Below, in pieces: positions 1 to 11,169 of a stretch of DNA of 64,000 nucleotides. The notes beneath the pieces were generated by a model. It saw nothing but the letters and a program-made list of their open reading frames with translations, searched no databases and was not told the origin of the DNA. Both the position numbers and the translations under genes were made by a program. Where the stretch lies: NCBI GenBank assembly GCA_002269645.1, contig NIVC01002657.1:1-64000 (forward strand), in the 5' to 3' direction. The stretch is from Macrostomum lignano. Taxonomy: Eukaryota. Each line of letters opens with the position of its first letter. The first letter of the stretch is position 1.

Positions 1-581
1 CAGTGCTAGTGCAGCAGTATCATAATTCGCCCTACTACTGACAAACTTCCCTGCACGCGAAGGCGTATTCAGCATGCCAGTGAAGTATGAGACAGACTAG
101 GCCCATGGGCTAAGGTCTGCGATGCTTCACGCCTGCCCCTATCTTCAGCAGGTCAAGGCTGGTGGAGGTCTGCACCCTCTATTTGCCTCTGGCAGCCGCA
201 GACCCCCCACGCTGTCTCGCAAGTCGACCCAGGGTACTCGTCCCCGCGTGTGTTCAAGGCAGTCCCTAGGGCTGCTGGACAGACTGGGCTCCGGCGCTGG
301 CGACCCTATCCAGTGGCTTCGGCCGAATTTGGGTATGCGGGTCTGGCTCGCCAACCTGCAGGCCGTGGTACTGCTCAACGTACTCTCTAATGCCTAAGGT
401 GTTGACCGTGCCGATGGGCTGGAAGGCCGGGAGTAGTCCGGTCGCAAGCGGTCCCCCTCCTGGTGTCGGGCCAGCCTTGAGGGTGCTATTGGCCTACTGC
501 CCGGTCAGGTGGAGCGGCCGGGTGGGTACCGCGCCCCTTTGAGGGTAGCCCACCAACCTTTTATCATGGCCTTCGAGCCGC

Positions 582-2069
582 CTATGGATAACAAGCTAAT
601 TCTAGGGACGGGGACCCTTCTAAACCCCAACCTCAGTCCGAAGGACCGGCCGGCCCTGCTGGCAGATCCCAACCGACTGATTCAACTGTGGCAAAGGAAG
701 GACCGGCTGGCTCTGCTGGCAGATCCGACCAGAGCTACCAAACTCAAAATACCCAAAGACCTGCCAGCTCCGCTGGTGGATCTAAGGGAACCGCGAGCTC
801 TGAGCCTAAAGGACCGGCCAAATCTGGCAGATCCGATGAAGCTCAGCGGGCTCGGCTTGAGCGCAAACGCGCTAAACAACGCGCCAAAAGGCAGGCCAAG
901 AAGGGAGCTGCGGGGGCCAAAGCGGCGGCGTCCACCATGGATGCTGAAGCGACTGGCGTCCCAAGGCAACCAGACGGGCCGGCCGGTGGAAGCTCCGGTA
1001 GTTCAGCGGCGGCGCTCCCTGGAGATGCTGCTGCGGCTGCTGAGGCCGAAACCACGGCGCAACAAATGGCCACTGCCAACAAGGAGGTTCCTTCGGGAGC
1101 TACCTTTGCGGCGAAGGCCAAGGCCAAAATCCCGGGAGTGATCATCCAAGGTCGCGACCAGGACTGGACCACTGATCAGCTTCAAAAAGTGTGGAGTGCT
1201 GTTGACTCCTATCTGATTGAGCTGACTGTCGAGGAGGGAATCTCCATCGGCATTGAGCGGATGGTGCTGCGAAGCACATTCGTTCTTATTGCTCCTAGCA
1301 GCGAGGAGGACGCTCGGCAGCTGCTCCAGCGGCTACCGACGGTCTCCTTGGATGCTGACCTTGGCGGAGCTCTTTTTCTTCGCGAGGGCCAGCGTCCAAA
1401 GACGATACCCTATGTGGTTTTCGTCCCTGCTAAGAGCACCGCAGCTGGACCAGACGTTATTCGCCGGGTCCTACTGCGTCTGAACCCCGACCTCCCTGCT
1501 AGTGGACTGGTGTATCACCGTAAAGTCCGCAGGGGGGAGACGGGCAACTCAATTGTCCTCGGCCTTTCCAGCACTTGGGCGAGTCGGTACCTAATGGATC
1601 CTCTTTCCAGCTGGGTGCCCTCAAGCTCAAGATGCGCCGAGGAAAGTCTGCCAAAGGGAAGGCTACTGCCAACCCCGGCATCTCCGGCAAGAGCGGGGCG
1701 CAGTCTAAGGCCCAAGGAAAGGCGCAAGCCGATCCCAAAGCCAAAGCTGCATCTCGCCCCTCTGCTAGCAGCAGTTCGGCGACCGCGGTAACGGCTCCGG
1801 CCAAGCCCCGGGAACCAAACCTGCCAGTCGGAGAAGGAGTTGAGGACGAGGCCGGGTCTTCGGAATCCGAGCTCTCCTCGGCCACCCTGGTGGGGTCTGA
1901 AGGTAAAGATGCAGGTGAGGAAGCTTCCTCCATCCTGTCATCGGAGCCTGAGGACTCTGCTGGGGGGGCCGGTGGGGGTGAGGAGGCCATGGACGTCGAC
2001 CAACTCCCATCTCCCAGTCAAGCCCCAGCGGCCTGGGACGAGGACGATCTGTTGTCCAAGTCTCCTTGA
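582..2069 (+). pseudogene. LINE ORF1 (DUF4780-like central domain, no CCHC knuckle), frameshifted
   Basis: ORFs 688-1791 and 1575-2069 join via a frameshift. The N-terminus has EGPAGxAGRS repeats and a basic tract; the central motif VRRVLLRLNPDL...SIVLGL resembles LOA-type ORF1; the C-terminus is acidic and low complexity. Confidence 0.7.
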
Positions 2070-2108
2070 TGGCCCTGGGCTCTAGCCAGAAATTGCATTT
2101 AATACAGT

Positions 2109-5100
2109 ATGACTAAGCTCCACGCTGCCAAAGGAGCGACATTCTGTCTGCAAATTAATTTACAGCATTGCGTATCTGCGTCAGTAAATCTGATGAAGAT
2201 TGCTGAGCTGTACAGGCCAGGCCTCATCCTGATCCAGGAACCCTGGATGCGCAACGGTAAGTTGCCCAACATTCCCTCTGGCTACTCTGATTTTTATGTG
2301 TGTGGCCCGGGGAACAGCCGCCCTAGAGCGGCTATCCTCGCTGCTAGCCATCTCCAGGCTTGGCTGAGGACTGATCTCTCTGATGGAGACCTTTGTGTCA
2401 TCCAATCTAATCATTTCTCTCCGCGTACGTGTCTTGTTGCCTCGGTTTATATCCCAGGCGACAGAGACCCTGCTCCTGAGAGTTTACTGCGCCTCGCGCA
2501 GTACTGCGAGTCCCAGAACGCTGAGCTGTGCTTAGGGGGCGACCTCAACGCGCACCACAAGCACTGGGGCAGCAAAGATACCAACACTAGAGAGGAGCTT
2601 CTGGCCCTCATCTCTAACACAAACCTCATGCTCTGCAACCGCGGCAGCACTCCTACCTTTAATAATGGCAGATGGACCGAGGTCCTCGACGCCACACTCG
2701 TTACCCCAAGACTCTTTGACAGAGTTGAGGAGTGGAGAGTCTGGTCTGAGGAGCCCTCCCTGTCTGACCACTGCTTTATCGCCTTTAACATCGCGGACAC
2801 TAAAACCCAGTCTCCGATCACTTGGAGACGCAATATCCGCAACACTGATTGGGCGGCCTACAAGGCTGCCCTTGATCTGCACCTGCAGGAACTCACGGAC
2901 TTACGTCCGATTGAGACCTGCGAGGATGTGGATCATATGGCTGAGACGCTGACAGGTTGCATTATTGAAGCCTACGAAGCGGCTTGTCCTGCTCGCGCCT
3001 ACAAAGGCAAGACCTCGGCGCCGTGGTGGAACCCGGAGCTGGGGAAACTCAGGCGGAAGGCCAAAAGCCTTCATCGCCGTGCCATGAAGACCGGAAACCC
3101 GGAGGACATGGAGCTTTTCCGGCAAGCCTCCCGCAATTTCAAATCTGAAGTGCGCAAGGCCAAGGAATGTAAGTGGCGCCAATTCTGCAATGAATTGGAT
3201 CAAGACAGACCTACTTCTAGGCTTGTCAAGGCCCTTACAATGGACAAAATGTCCAAATTAGCCATGATCAAAAAAGATGATGGCTCTCTTACTAAAGACC
3301 CTGAAGAAGTGCTTCAGCATATAGCTTCCCGAGGGTACCTACTGCTAGACCGGAGCCCAACCATTCGATGGATGGAGCCACCCTAGCGGCGGGCATTGTC
3401 ACTGAAGACCTAATCGCTCGTGCGGTCAGAACCTTCAAACCCTTCAAATCTCCTGGACCTGATGGTATCTACCCTGTTCTCCTTCGTGAAGCAGCCAAGA
3501 TACCCTCGTTCCTGAGACTCACCCGCAATCTTATGCGGGCCTCTATCCAGCTGGGATACGTTCCCAAATGCTGGACTGAAGCTCGGGTAGTCTTTATTCC
3601 CAAACCTGGGAAGGGTGACTACCAAAGCGTCAAGGCCTTCCGGCCTATTAGCTTAACGTCAGCAATGCTTAAGCTCACTGAGAGGCTTATTCTCTGGCGG
3701 CTGCTGTCCTGCGAGCTGACAGCGATGCCCCTCAGCAATAATCAGCACGCCTTCCGTACCGGGAGGTCGACTGACAGCGCCCTGCATGCGATTGTCGAGA
3801 AGATTGAAAGGGCGGTACTGGGTGACGGTTACGCTCTGGCTCTCTTTCTTGACATTGTTGGCGCCTTCGACAACGTTATCTTTGAAGCGTTTCAGAGGGC
3901 CCTTCAAAATCGCAAAGCTCATGCTACCCTCATACGGTGGATCATGTACATGATCTCCAACCGTACGGTCACTGCCCAACTTCTTGGGCAAACTGCCTCC
4001 ACCAGAGTCTGTAAGGGTGGACCCCAAGGCGGAGTCCTCACCCCGACGCTCTGGAACCTGGTCATGGACGCTCTTTTGAGTGACTCCCGACCCGACCCCG
4101 TCTTCAAAGTCGGGTATGCTGATGACGTCACGGCCATTGTGGCAGGACCGTCTCCCAGCACGCTCAGGGATCTGATGCAGAGCTTTATCCGCAAAGCAGA
4201 ATCCTGGGCCAATGACAATGGTCTGGAACTCTCTGAGCCCAAAACCGTTGCCATTATGTTTACCAGCAGACTACGCTGGAACATACGTCCTCTGCAGCTC
4301 TACGGCAGAGATATTGCCTTCGCGCACCAGACCAGATGTCTCGGGGTCATACTTGACCACCGGCTCAACTGGTCCTCCCACGTGAAAGCAAAAGCCAAGC
4401 GTGCCTCAGCCATCCTGGCCCAGCTCCGACGAGCACTTGGCACTTCTTGGGGTCTATCCCCAAAGCGGCTTTGGTGGATCTATACTTCCGTAGTTAGACC
4501 TGCCATTACGTACGCCTCTGTTGTCTGGGTTAGCGCTACCCAGGTCAAAAGCCATGCAGACCTGCTCAACACGATCCAGGCAGAGCGTGTAGGCTCATCT
4601 GCAACGCCACCAGGTCCACGCCCTTTGCTGGCATGGGGGCCTTCCTTAATCTTCCGCCTCTTGACCTCTTCATCAGGGGTGAGGCGGCTAGAACGACGCG
4701 GCGTCTAATTGATGCCGGCGTCAAATTCATTTACATGAGAGCACCTGCTAAGCGGAACCTTGTCCCGCATAGCGATCTGTGCCTCAACTTTCTCAACGAG
4801 TGTCAGGCCAATCGCGTCTTCACCGATGGCATTGCCTCAACGCTCAACCTGAGACAGCGCTACTCCGTAGCTATCGACTCGCGCGATAACATCAATGACC
4901 AATGGAACCCTGGTGAGCTTCATTGCTACACCGACGGTTCTAAGCAGTCAGCCAACACCGGCTTTGGTGTTGGAATCTTTCTGAACGGGAGGGTCATCGC
5001 TACCCACGCTCAATACACTGGGGTCAACTCCAGTGTTTTCCAAAATGAAGTTCTGGCCATCAGCTCCTGCACTGCAGAGCTTCTCGCCACTGGCGTTACT

Positions 5101-5830
5101 GGAAGAACATCATTTTCCATTCGGACAGCCAAGCTGCCTTGCACGCCATCAGTGGCTGCAGCACCAACTCTGCTACAGTCCTGACTGTATCAAACTCCTC
5201 AACATGTTGGGTTCCGCCAACAAAATTACCCTTAAGTGGGTTCCGGGGCATGTGGGGATCCGAGGAAATGAGTTGGCTGACACCCTTGCAAAAGTTGGTG
5301 CCTCCGGCTCCTCTCTCGGCCCCGAACCTCTTGTCCCGATTCCTGGCTGTGTCATCGACTCGCGCATCAAAGCGTGGATCAGGACTCAGCACCGCTCGAC
5401 TTGGGCGAACCGCACGAACTGCAGGCAATCCAGAGGCGCTGTCCCTCAGCCCTCTCACCAGCTCCGGAAGCTCCTCTTGCGCCTCTCGCGCAGAGACATC
5501 CGGGCTGCCATGACCCTCTCTGGTCACGGCTGCTTCTCCAGGCACCAGTACCTGCAGGGCAACGCCACCAACGCCACCTGTAGTTTCTGCAACTCAGGTG
5601 ACGAAACCGCTGAGCATTTCGTCAGCATCTGTCCCGCCTTCACGCGGGCCAGACTCACTTACCTCGGGCCACACACATCTATTACTGAAGCGTGCAAACC
5701 CGAAAACTTTAATCAGCTCATGCGCTACCTTCGGGCCACCCGCAGGGCTGAACTCTCCTTTCCAGAGAGCACCATAGCTGCTGGCGACACTGGGGGACCT
5801 CCCTGGGCGGCGCCAACCCTCCGTCCATAG
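2109..5830 (+). pseudogene. LINE ORF2: apurinic endonuclease, reverse transcriptase, RNase H, zinc knuckle (about 3 frameshifts)
   Basis: ORFs 2109-3386, 3368-4708, 4633-5184 and 5033-5830 overlap end to end and contain the domains in the expected order. Confidence 0.92.
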
Positions 5831-5944
5831 CGACGCGTCGGCCGTTCAGGGACTAGCGGAATGGGCGCCCGCGCCTTCCCGCTGTGTCCCCTCCGGGACA
5901 GCCCTGCAGCTAAGTGAAAGAAGTAAGTCAAGACAAACTTCCCT

Positions 5945-7240
5945 CCCCCACGACCCCTACAACACAGATGATGAGATAAGAAAGACCATCGCAATAATAT
6001 TTTACATGGGAATCGTGCGCAAGCCAGAGATCAAAAACTACTGGGCCACTGGAAAGTTTTATGACAACCAGTTGTTCTGAGTAAAAACTGCCTGTCTCAA
6101 AACCGGTTCCAGCAAATCTTATCTTTTCTGAGGTTCTACGACTGTCGCGTTGGTGACAATGAGGATCCGCTTCGCAAAATCCGCCCGTTCTTGAACTCAG
6201 TAAAGGAAGTTTGTCAGCAGAATTTTCAGCCTGACAGGGATATCGCTGTTGACGAGGAGCTTGTTCAGCACAAAGGACGACTAGCGTTCAAACAGTATAT
6301 TTCCAGCAAGCGGGCTAGAAATGGAATTAAGACCTATTGTCTTTGTGACTCCAAGACCGGTTACTTATGGAACGTCCTCGTTCATTCGACAGCTGAGGAA
6401 AACAGCAAGTTTGGCAGCGAATTCGTCGACTGCAACCTGCCCATCAGCGAGCGAATAGGGGTGGAGCTGTCGAAGGACCTGCTAAATCTTGGCTACAGGG
6501 TGTTTGTTGACAGTTATTTCTCCTCCCGACGACTGGCTGAGTTTCTACTAGCTCACAATACCTTACTAACAGGCACCGTTCGCTGTGACCGCGGCATTCC
6601 AGTCGAGCTCCGGCAGATGCCAGCAGTGCCTCCATCCCACTGCTACATGCGAAGCGGTGTTTTGGTAGTAAAGCTGACAGACAGAAAAGCAAGCGTATTA
6701 AGACAGTCTACATGCTTGACACCTTCGATACGGCCCAGAGCACTGCGCGACAACGGTACTGACGAGGTGGACAATTGGATGTTGTTCGAAAGCCGGTAAC
6801 TGTGACGGACTACTTAAAGGTCATGGGTGGTGTCGATCGTCTTGACTCTGCGCTGCAGCCCTACCACCCAAGCAGAAAGATGTACCGCTGGCACCAGAAG
6901 CTCGGAATTCATTTCCTGTTGCAGCTGTCGCACAATACCTGGATTTTGTTCCGGCACTCCGGCGGCACACTGACTTTTCTGAAGTTCATGGAACAACTGA
7001 TCGTTGCCCTGATAGACAGCTCAGGGCCTGGAAAAAGACGGTGCGTCCACCCATCGCGTCCTGTTGCCGATGCTGTTCACTTGCCCAGTAAGCTGCCTGC
7101 CACACCTGGTAACCAGCGACCTGCACGTCGCTGCAGAGTCTGCTATCGCAATGGCATCACCAAACCTACCGTCTTCGTCTGTCAGCAGTGACCTGGTCAG
7201 CCCGGCTTGTGCATCCCTGACTGCTTTCGAGCCTGGCACT
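5945..7240 (+). pseudogene. piggyBac (PGBD4-like) transposase, 5'-truncated and degraded
   Basis: Motifs IFYMGIVRKPEIKNYW, SQNRFQQIL, DIAVDEELV..KGR..FKQYI..K, VFVDSYFSS, LTGTVR, DYLKVMGGVDRLD, plus a C-terminal Cys-rich domain RRCRVC...CQQ*...LCIPDCFRAWH (TGA at 7189 in place of a Cys). Confidence 0.9.
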
Positions 7241-7920
7241 CGTAGGCTGAGAGGAGACTTGTTCGTTTTACTCCTGCTGACTACCTGTTATTGTCTTGCC
7301 TCACAATGCATAAAAGTTAGGTAGTGTAATAGCAACAGAAGTAAAGCTAAATTTACTGGATCTTTTGGAAAATTTATTAAACAAGAACTCAAAGCAATGC
7401 TACATCTGGAAGCTAGACATTCAAAACATTGAGACCATTTCAAAGTTTTAACCACTAAGAACTTGAAAAAGTTTCAAAAAGTCGAAAACAGAACGTTATT
7501 TACTAGTTTAGCACCCTAATATTCAGGTGCGATTGAGCAGACAGCTTCGAGCTATGCACTTTCACCCTTTTAGCAGAGTGAGAAAAGTAATTTTAGTAAC
7601 TCATGTTTTTTGTGAAATAAATTTTCATGTTTTTGATATTTTTGACGATATTTTTTAGTTTTTGACATGCTTGAATGCATGTTTTCTCGTTATTATACTT
7701 GATATAGACTACTTACAGCCATGGTCAGCCAAGCTGACCATATGGGTTTTCGCGATATGCTGTTAAGTGAAGACAAAAGTTGAGTCTATGGCCATAAAGA
7801 GTTGGATTTTAGCTGAAGTGATGCATGGTCAGCCACGCTGACAATCGGATTTGAAGATGTTAAGATGATTGGATATAAATTTTCAGTGTTTGCGCTCTTG
7901 TCAAGTATATAATCATGGAT

Positions 7921-8043
7921 GTTTAATGCGCATTCTAGGGTTAGAAAGTCCGAGGCTGCATTTGATGGTCTCGAGGCGAGCGAAGCGAGCCGAGGACCAT
8001 TAAGTGTGGCCGAGGCCTTTCTACCATAGAATGCGCATTAAAC
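7921..8043. repeat. Imperfect 123-bp palindrome (non-autonomous element-like)
   Basis: GTTTAATGCGCATTCTA (7921-7937) is the exact reverse complement of TAGAATGCGCATTAAAC (8027-8043). Inner arms TAGAAAG/CTTTCTA and ATGGTC/GACCAT surround a central GCGAGCGAAGCGAGC. Confidence 0.85.
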
Positions 8044-8289
8044 TACCGTGTTCTTATATGAAATCCGAATTGCTTATTTTTGTAGCTTTCTCTTGAGCCG
8101 GGCCGAATGCGGTGCAGCCAGTCGGCAAAGCCCCGACTGGGGGTGTCGAAGCAAAGCCTCGACTGGGGGTGTGGGGGCGAAGCCCCCACATTGGAACCAT
8201 AGACAAATTTTCCATAAATTTAAGACAGTACTAGCTAGACGAAATCCGAATTACTTTCTTTCGTAGCTTTCTCTTGAACCACACCGCGA

Positions 8290-9800
8290 TGGAAGAAGAA
8301 TTTGATAGCGACAACTTTTTTAATTTTTTCGATCCAGCCCGTTGAAAGTTTTTCGATCCGTTGAAAGTTTACGTGCTGCTTTTGGAGACCAAGCCCCTTC
8401 ACGTGCCACAGTTTTTCGGTGGTATAGCGAATGTAAGTGGGGCCGAAGCAGCCTTGATGACGAGCCTCGGACGGGACGTCCAGCTTCCGCAGTCACGGAC
8501 GAAAACATCGCTGCTGTCCGAAGAATGATTGACGAGGACCGGCGAGTGACCTGTGCAGAGATCAGAGAGGCTCTCGGCATTGGATCGGCAGCGGTTACGA
8601 CCATCCTGCATGACAAGCTGGGAGCCTCCAAGCGGTGTGCCCGCTGGGTGCCCCACAACCTGACGGAAGACCAGAAAGCGGAGAGGGTGCGTTGGTGCGA
8701 GTTTATGCTCGAAAGATTCAATTCTGGGACCTTAAAGCGATGCTGGGAGATTAGACAGGAGATAAGATAAGACAGGTGATGAGACCTGGGTCTACCAGTA
8801 CGACCCGGAAACCAAGCAGCAGTCGGCAGTTTGGCTCCTCCCGGACGATGCCACCCAACGAAGGTCAAACGGGCCCGCAGCGTCGGGAAGCGGATGGTGG
8901 CGACTTTCTTCAGCCAGGCTGGCCACTTGGCAACTGTAGCGCTCCAAAACAGACGGACAGTCAATGCCGACTGGTAAGGGGGCCGTAGCCCAGCGGTAGC
9001 GCAGCTGCTCTGGTGTGCCAGCGACCCAGGCTCGATTCCAAGTGCAGTCACATTAATTTGGGGCTGAATTGGAATCTCGGCTTGGCTCTGCTCGTGCAAT
9101 TAACGGCCTTGAGAACCAACCCCCCAAGGCGCAGTGAAGTGTACATGCCTAACGATAAAATAAAGTTAGGGCCGCTGTACACTCCTGTGTGAGTGTGTGC
9201 CAGCGTACGTATCCGCGCGCTTGTATGCCTGCTCAGAGGAGTCGGCGGAATGGGCAGCAATGCCTCTCGCCGGTTGTGTGCCTATGTCCCTTAAAGTGCG
9301 CCAGGGTGCACACAACCCCCCTGCCTCTAATAAAAAAAATGCCGACTGGTATATCAACCAGTGCCTGCTGCTTGTGTTCGATGCGTGGCGCAGACGCCGG
9401 CCGCGTACACCGGATTTCGTGGCCTGCTGCTGCACCACGACAATGCCAGTGCGCACATGGCTGCTGCAACATTGGCATTTGTGGCCGAGAATGGAGTCCA
9501 GTTGGTGACGCATCCCGCTTATTCCCCTGACCTGGCACCCTGCGACTTCTTTCTCTTCCCTTAGTGAAGAAACAACTGCGTAGGACTCGGTTTAAGAGCC
9601 CTGAAGCAGCAAGATTCGACTTCGAGCGGGTGGTGTCAGCAGTGCCAGAAGAACAGTGGGCTGGAGCCTGGACGCAGTGGTTTCACCGGATGAGGAAATG
9701 CGTACAAGCTGGCGGCAACTACTTCGAAAAATTTTGACAGAAATTTTGCTTCAGATATTTGTGGTTTCGATGTATCTCAAAACTTTCAGTATGCCCCTCG
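8290..9800 (+). mobile_element. Tc1/mariner element (mariner-type, DD34D-like), 5' TIR absent, interrupted by a SINE
   Basis: Motifs WVPHNL, TGDETWVYQYDPETKQQS, LHHDNASAH, HPAYSPDLAPCDFFLFP. The 3' terminus ...GTATGCCCCTCG is followed by TA at 9801-9802. Confidence 0.9.
8977..9337 (+). mobile_element. tRNA-derived SINE (~360 bp) with A-rich tail and 14-bp TSD
   Basis: TSD AATGCCGACTGGTA at 8963-8976 and 9338-9351. The head GGGGCCGTAGCCCAGCGGTAGCGC contains a Pol III A box; GGCTCGATTCC is a B box; the tail is TAATAAAAAAA. Removing the SINE rejoins the mariner sequence VNADWY. Confidence 0.92.
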
Positions 9801-9884
9801 TATATGGTTGATGAATTAAGAAAGCTGATGAATGTGTAGCGAAAAATTATTCAATCAGCCTACCATGCAGCAAGCTAATAAGCC

Positions 9885-11140
9885 ATGAAACTGTCACTTC
9901 TGCACAGCATTTGGTTGTAGCAACGGGGCCTCAAGTTCGTCAGCAATCTCATTTCACTCCTTCCCGAAGGACAATGATGTTAAGAAAAAATGGATAGCTG
10001 CTCTCAACCGCAAAGATTTCAAACCCTCTGAGCACTTTACTCCAGTGTTTTGTGCAACCTGTAGAAGGATTTCGGCCATTGGAACGGAAGCGACTCTATC
10101 CGGAAGCAGTGCCCTCCATTTTTCCCATTTTCCCGAGTAATTTGAGTAGCACTCCTGCGAAGACGAGAAAGACAATGACTTCGGCTGCTGCTGGCCAAAT
10201 CGACTTCTCAAACTTCATCAAAGATGCGAGAAAAACGCGCCCTGACAGCTGGCTGAAGAGGAAAGTGCAACCTCGGATCAGCCTCAATCTGAGCCGCACC
10301 CGCTGATGACTGCTACCAAAACTGTGTCAGTAAGGAGCTGCTTAACAAGAAAGTGAAGGCTTTGAAAAATCTCCGGTGCCGGTACAGGAGGCTTACACAG
10401 GCAAGTGACGATTTTAAAGTAATGACCCGTTCTTTGCAACCTGCGCGTGAGCAACTGGAGAGAAAATATAGAAGAATTCGCCATCTGCGGTCCAATAATT
10501 CGCGCTTAAAAAGTAAGGCGAAATCACTGCTTCAGCTGATCACGTCGCTAAAGGGACACAATATCCTTTCTGCAGCTGAGGCTTCGCGACTGAACTTTCT
10601 GGCATCCAACTCTCTTCTTAACAGTTTGGTGTCCCAGAAGAATCGCGCTCAAAGAAATTCTCTCCTGAGGTTTGCCTCGACATTGCACTTTACAGTGCAA
10701 AGGCGTACCATATGTCCGTAAATACTTTCAACTTTCTCATCCTGCTACACTTCGCCGATGGACATTAAATGTCAAATGTCTCCCCGGATTTTGCGAATTA
10801 TCTTTCCAAGAGCTTTTAAGACGACGCAACTCGCCTGGTGCAGAAGCATTTGCCTACTGTATGTGGTGGCAGATGAAATGTCGCTTTAGAAGCTGATCGA
10901 ATGGGATTCCTGTGAAAGCAAGTTCTTTGGCTACGTGGCAAGGGCGACGGAGCAGTGACTGAAGAAAAGGCCACCTCTTCGCTTGTAATTATAGCCGTTG
11001 GACTCAAAAGCAACTGGAAGCTGCCCCTTGGTTACTTCTTAGTCAATGGCGTCAAGAGTGACTGTCTGTCCAATGTAATTAATTGAAGAGGCAATTGCAC
11101 GCTTGTATCAGATTGGCATTATTGCGGAATCTTTCATGCT
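9885..11140 (+). pseudogene. THAP-domain P-element-like (THAP9-type) transposase, N-terminal fragment
   Basis: THAP motifs C.AFGCSN...FHSFPKD...KKWIAALNRKDFKP and EAVPSIFP, a coiled coil, then FASTLHF, SHPATLRRW, ADEMS and NWKLPLGYFLV. The fragment is cut off where the polymerase region begins. Confidence 0.82.
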
Positions 11141-11169
11141 AATTTTTTTGAGAACATGCATGATATGAA

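Larger units (their letters stand above)
1..5927 (+). mobile_element. Non-LTR retrotransposon, LOA/R1-group (ORF1 + APE-RT-RNase H-CCHC ORF2), near full length, frameshifted; 5' boundary uncertain
   Basis: Consecutive ORFs carry APE (QINLQH, IQEPW, GDLNAHH, SDH), RT (PGPDG, GGPQGGVLTPTLW, YADD at ~4115), RNase H (YTDGSK at ~4927, WVPGHVGIRGNELAD) and C-terminal CSFCNSGDETAEHFVSICP. The 3' end has a stem-loop and an AAGT-type tail at ~5910-5927. Confidence 0.9.

Noticed and set aside
682-5545. Numerous antisense and alternate-frame ORFs over the GC-rich LINE and Gypsy regions (e.g. 1499-1990, 44288-45061)
   Set aside because: They are shadow ORFs of GC-rich coding sequence with no independent motifs.
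8978-9050. Functional tRNA gene
   Set aside because: The acceptor and anticodon stems do not pair properly, and it is the head of a TSD-flanked SINE.
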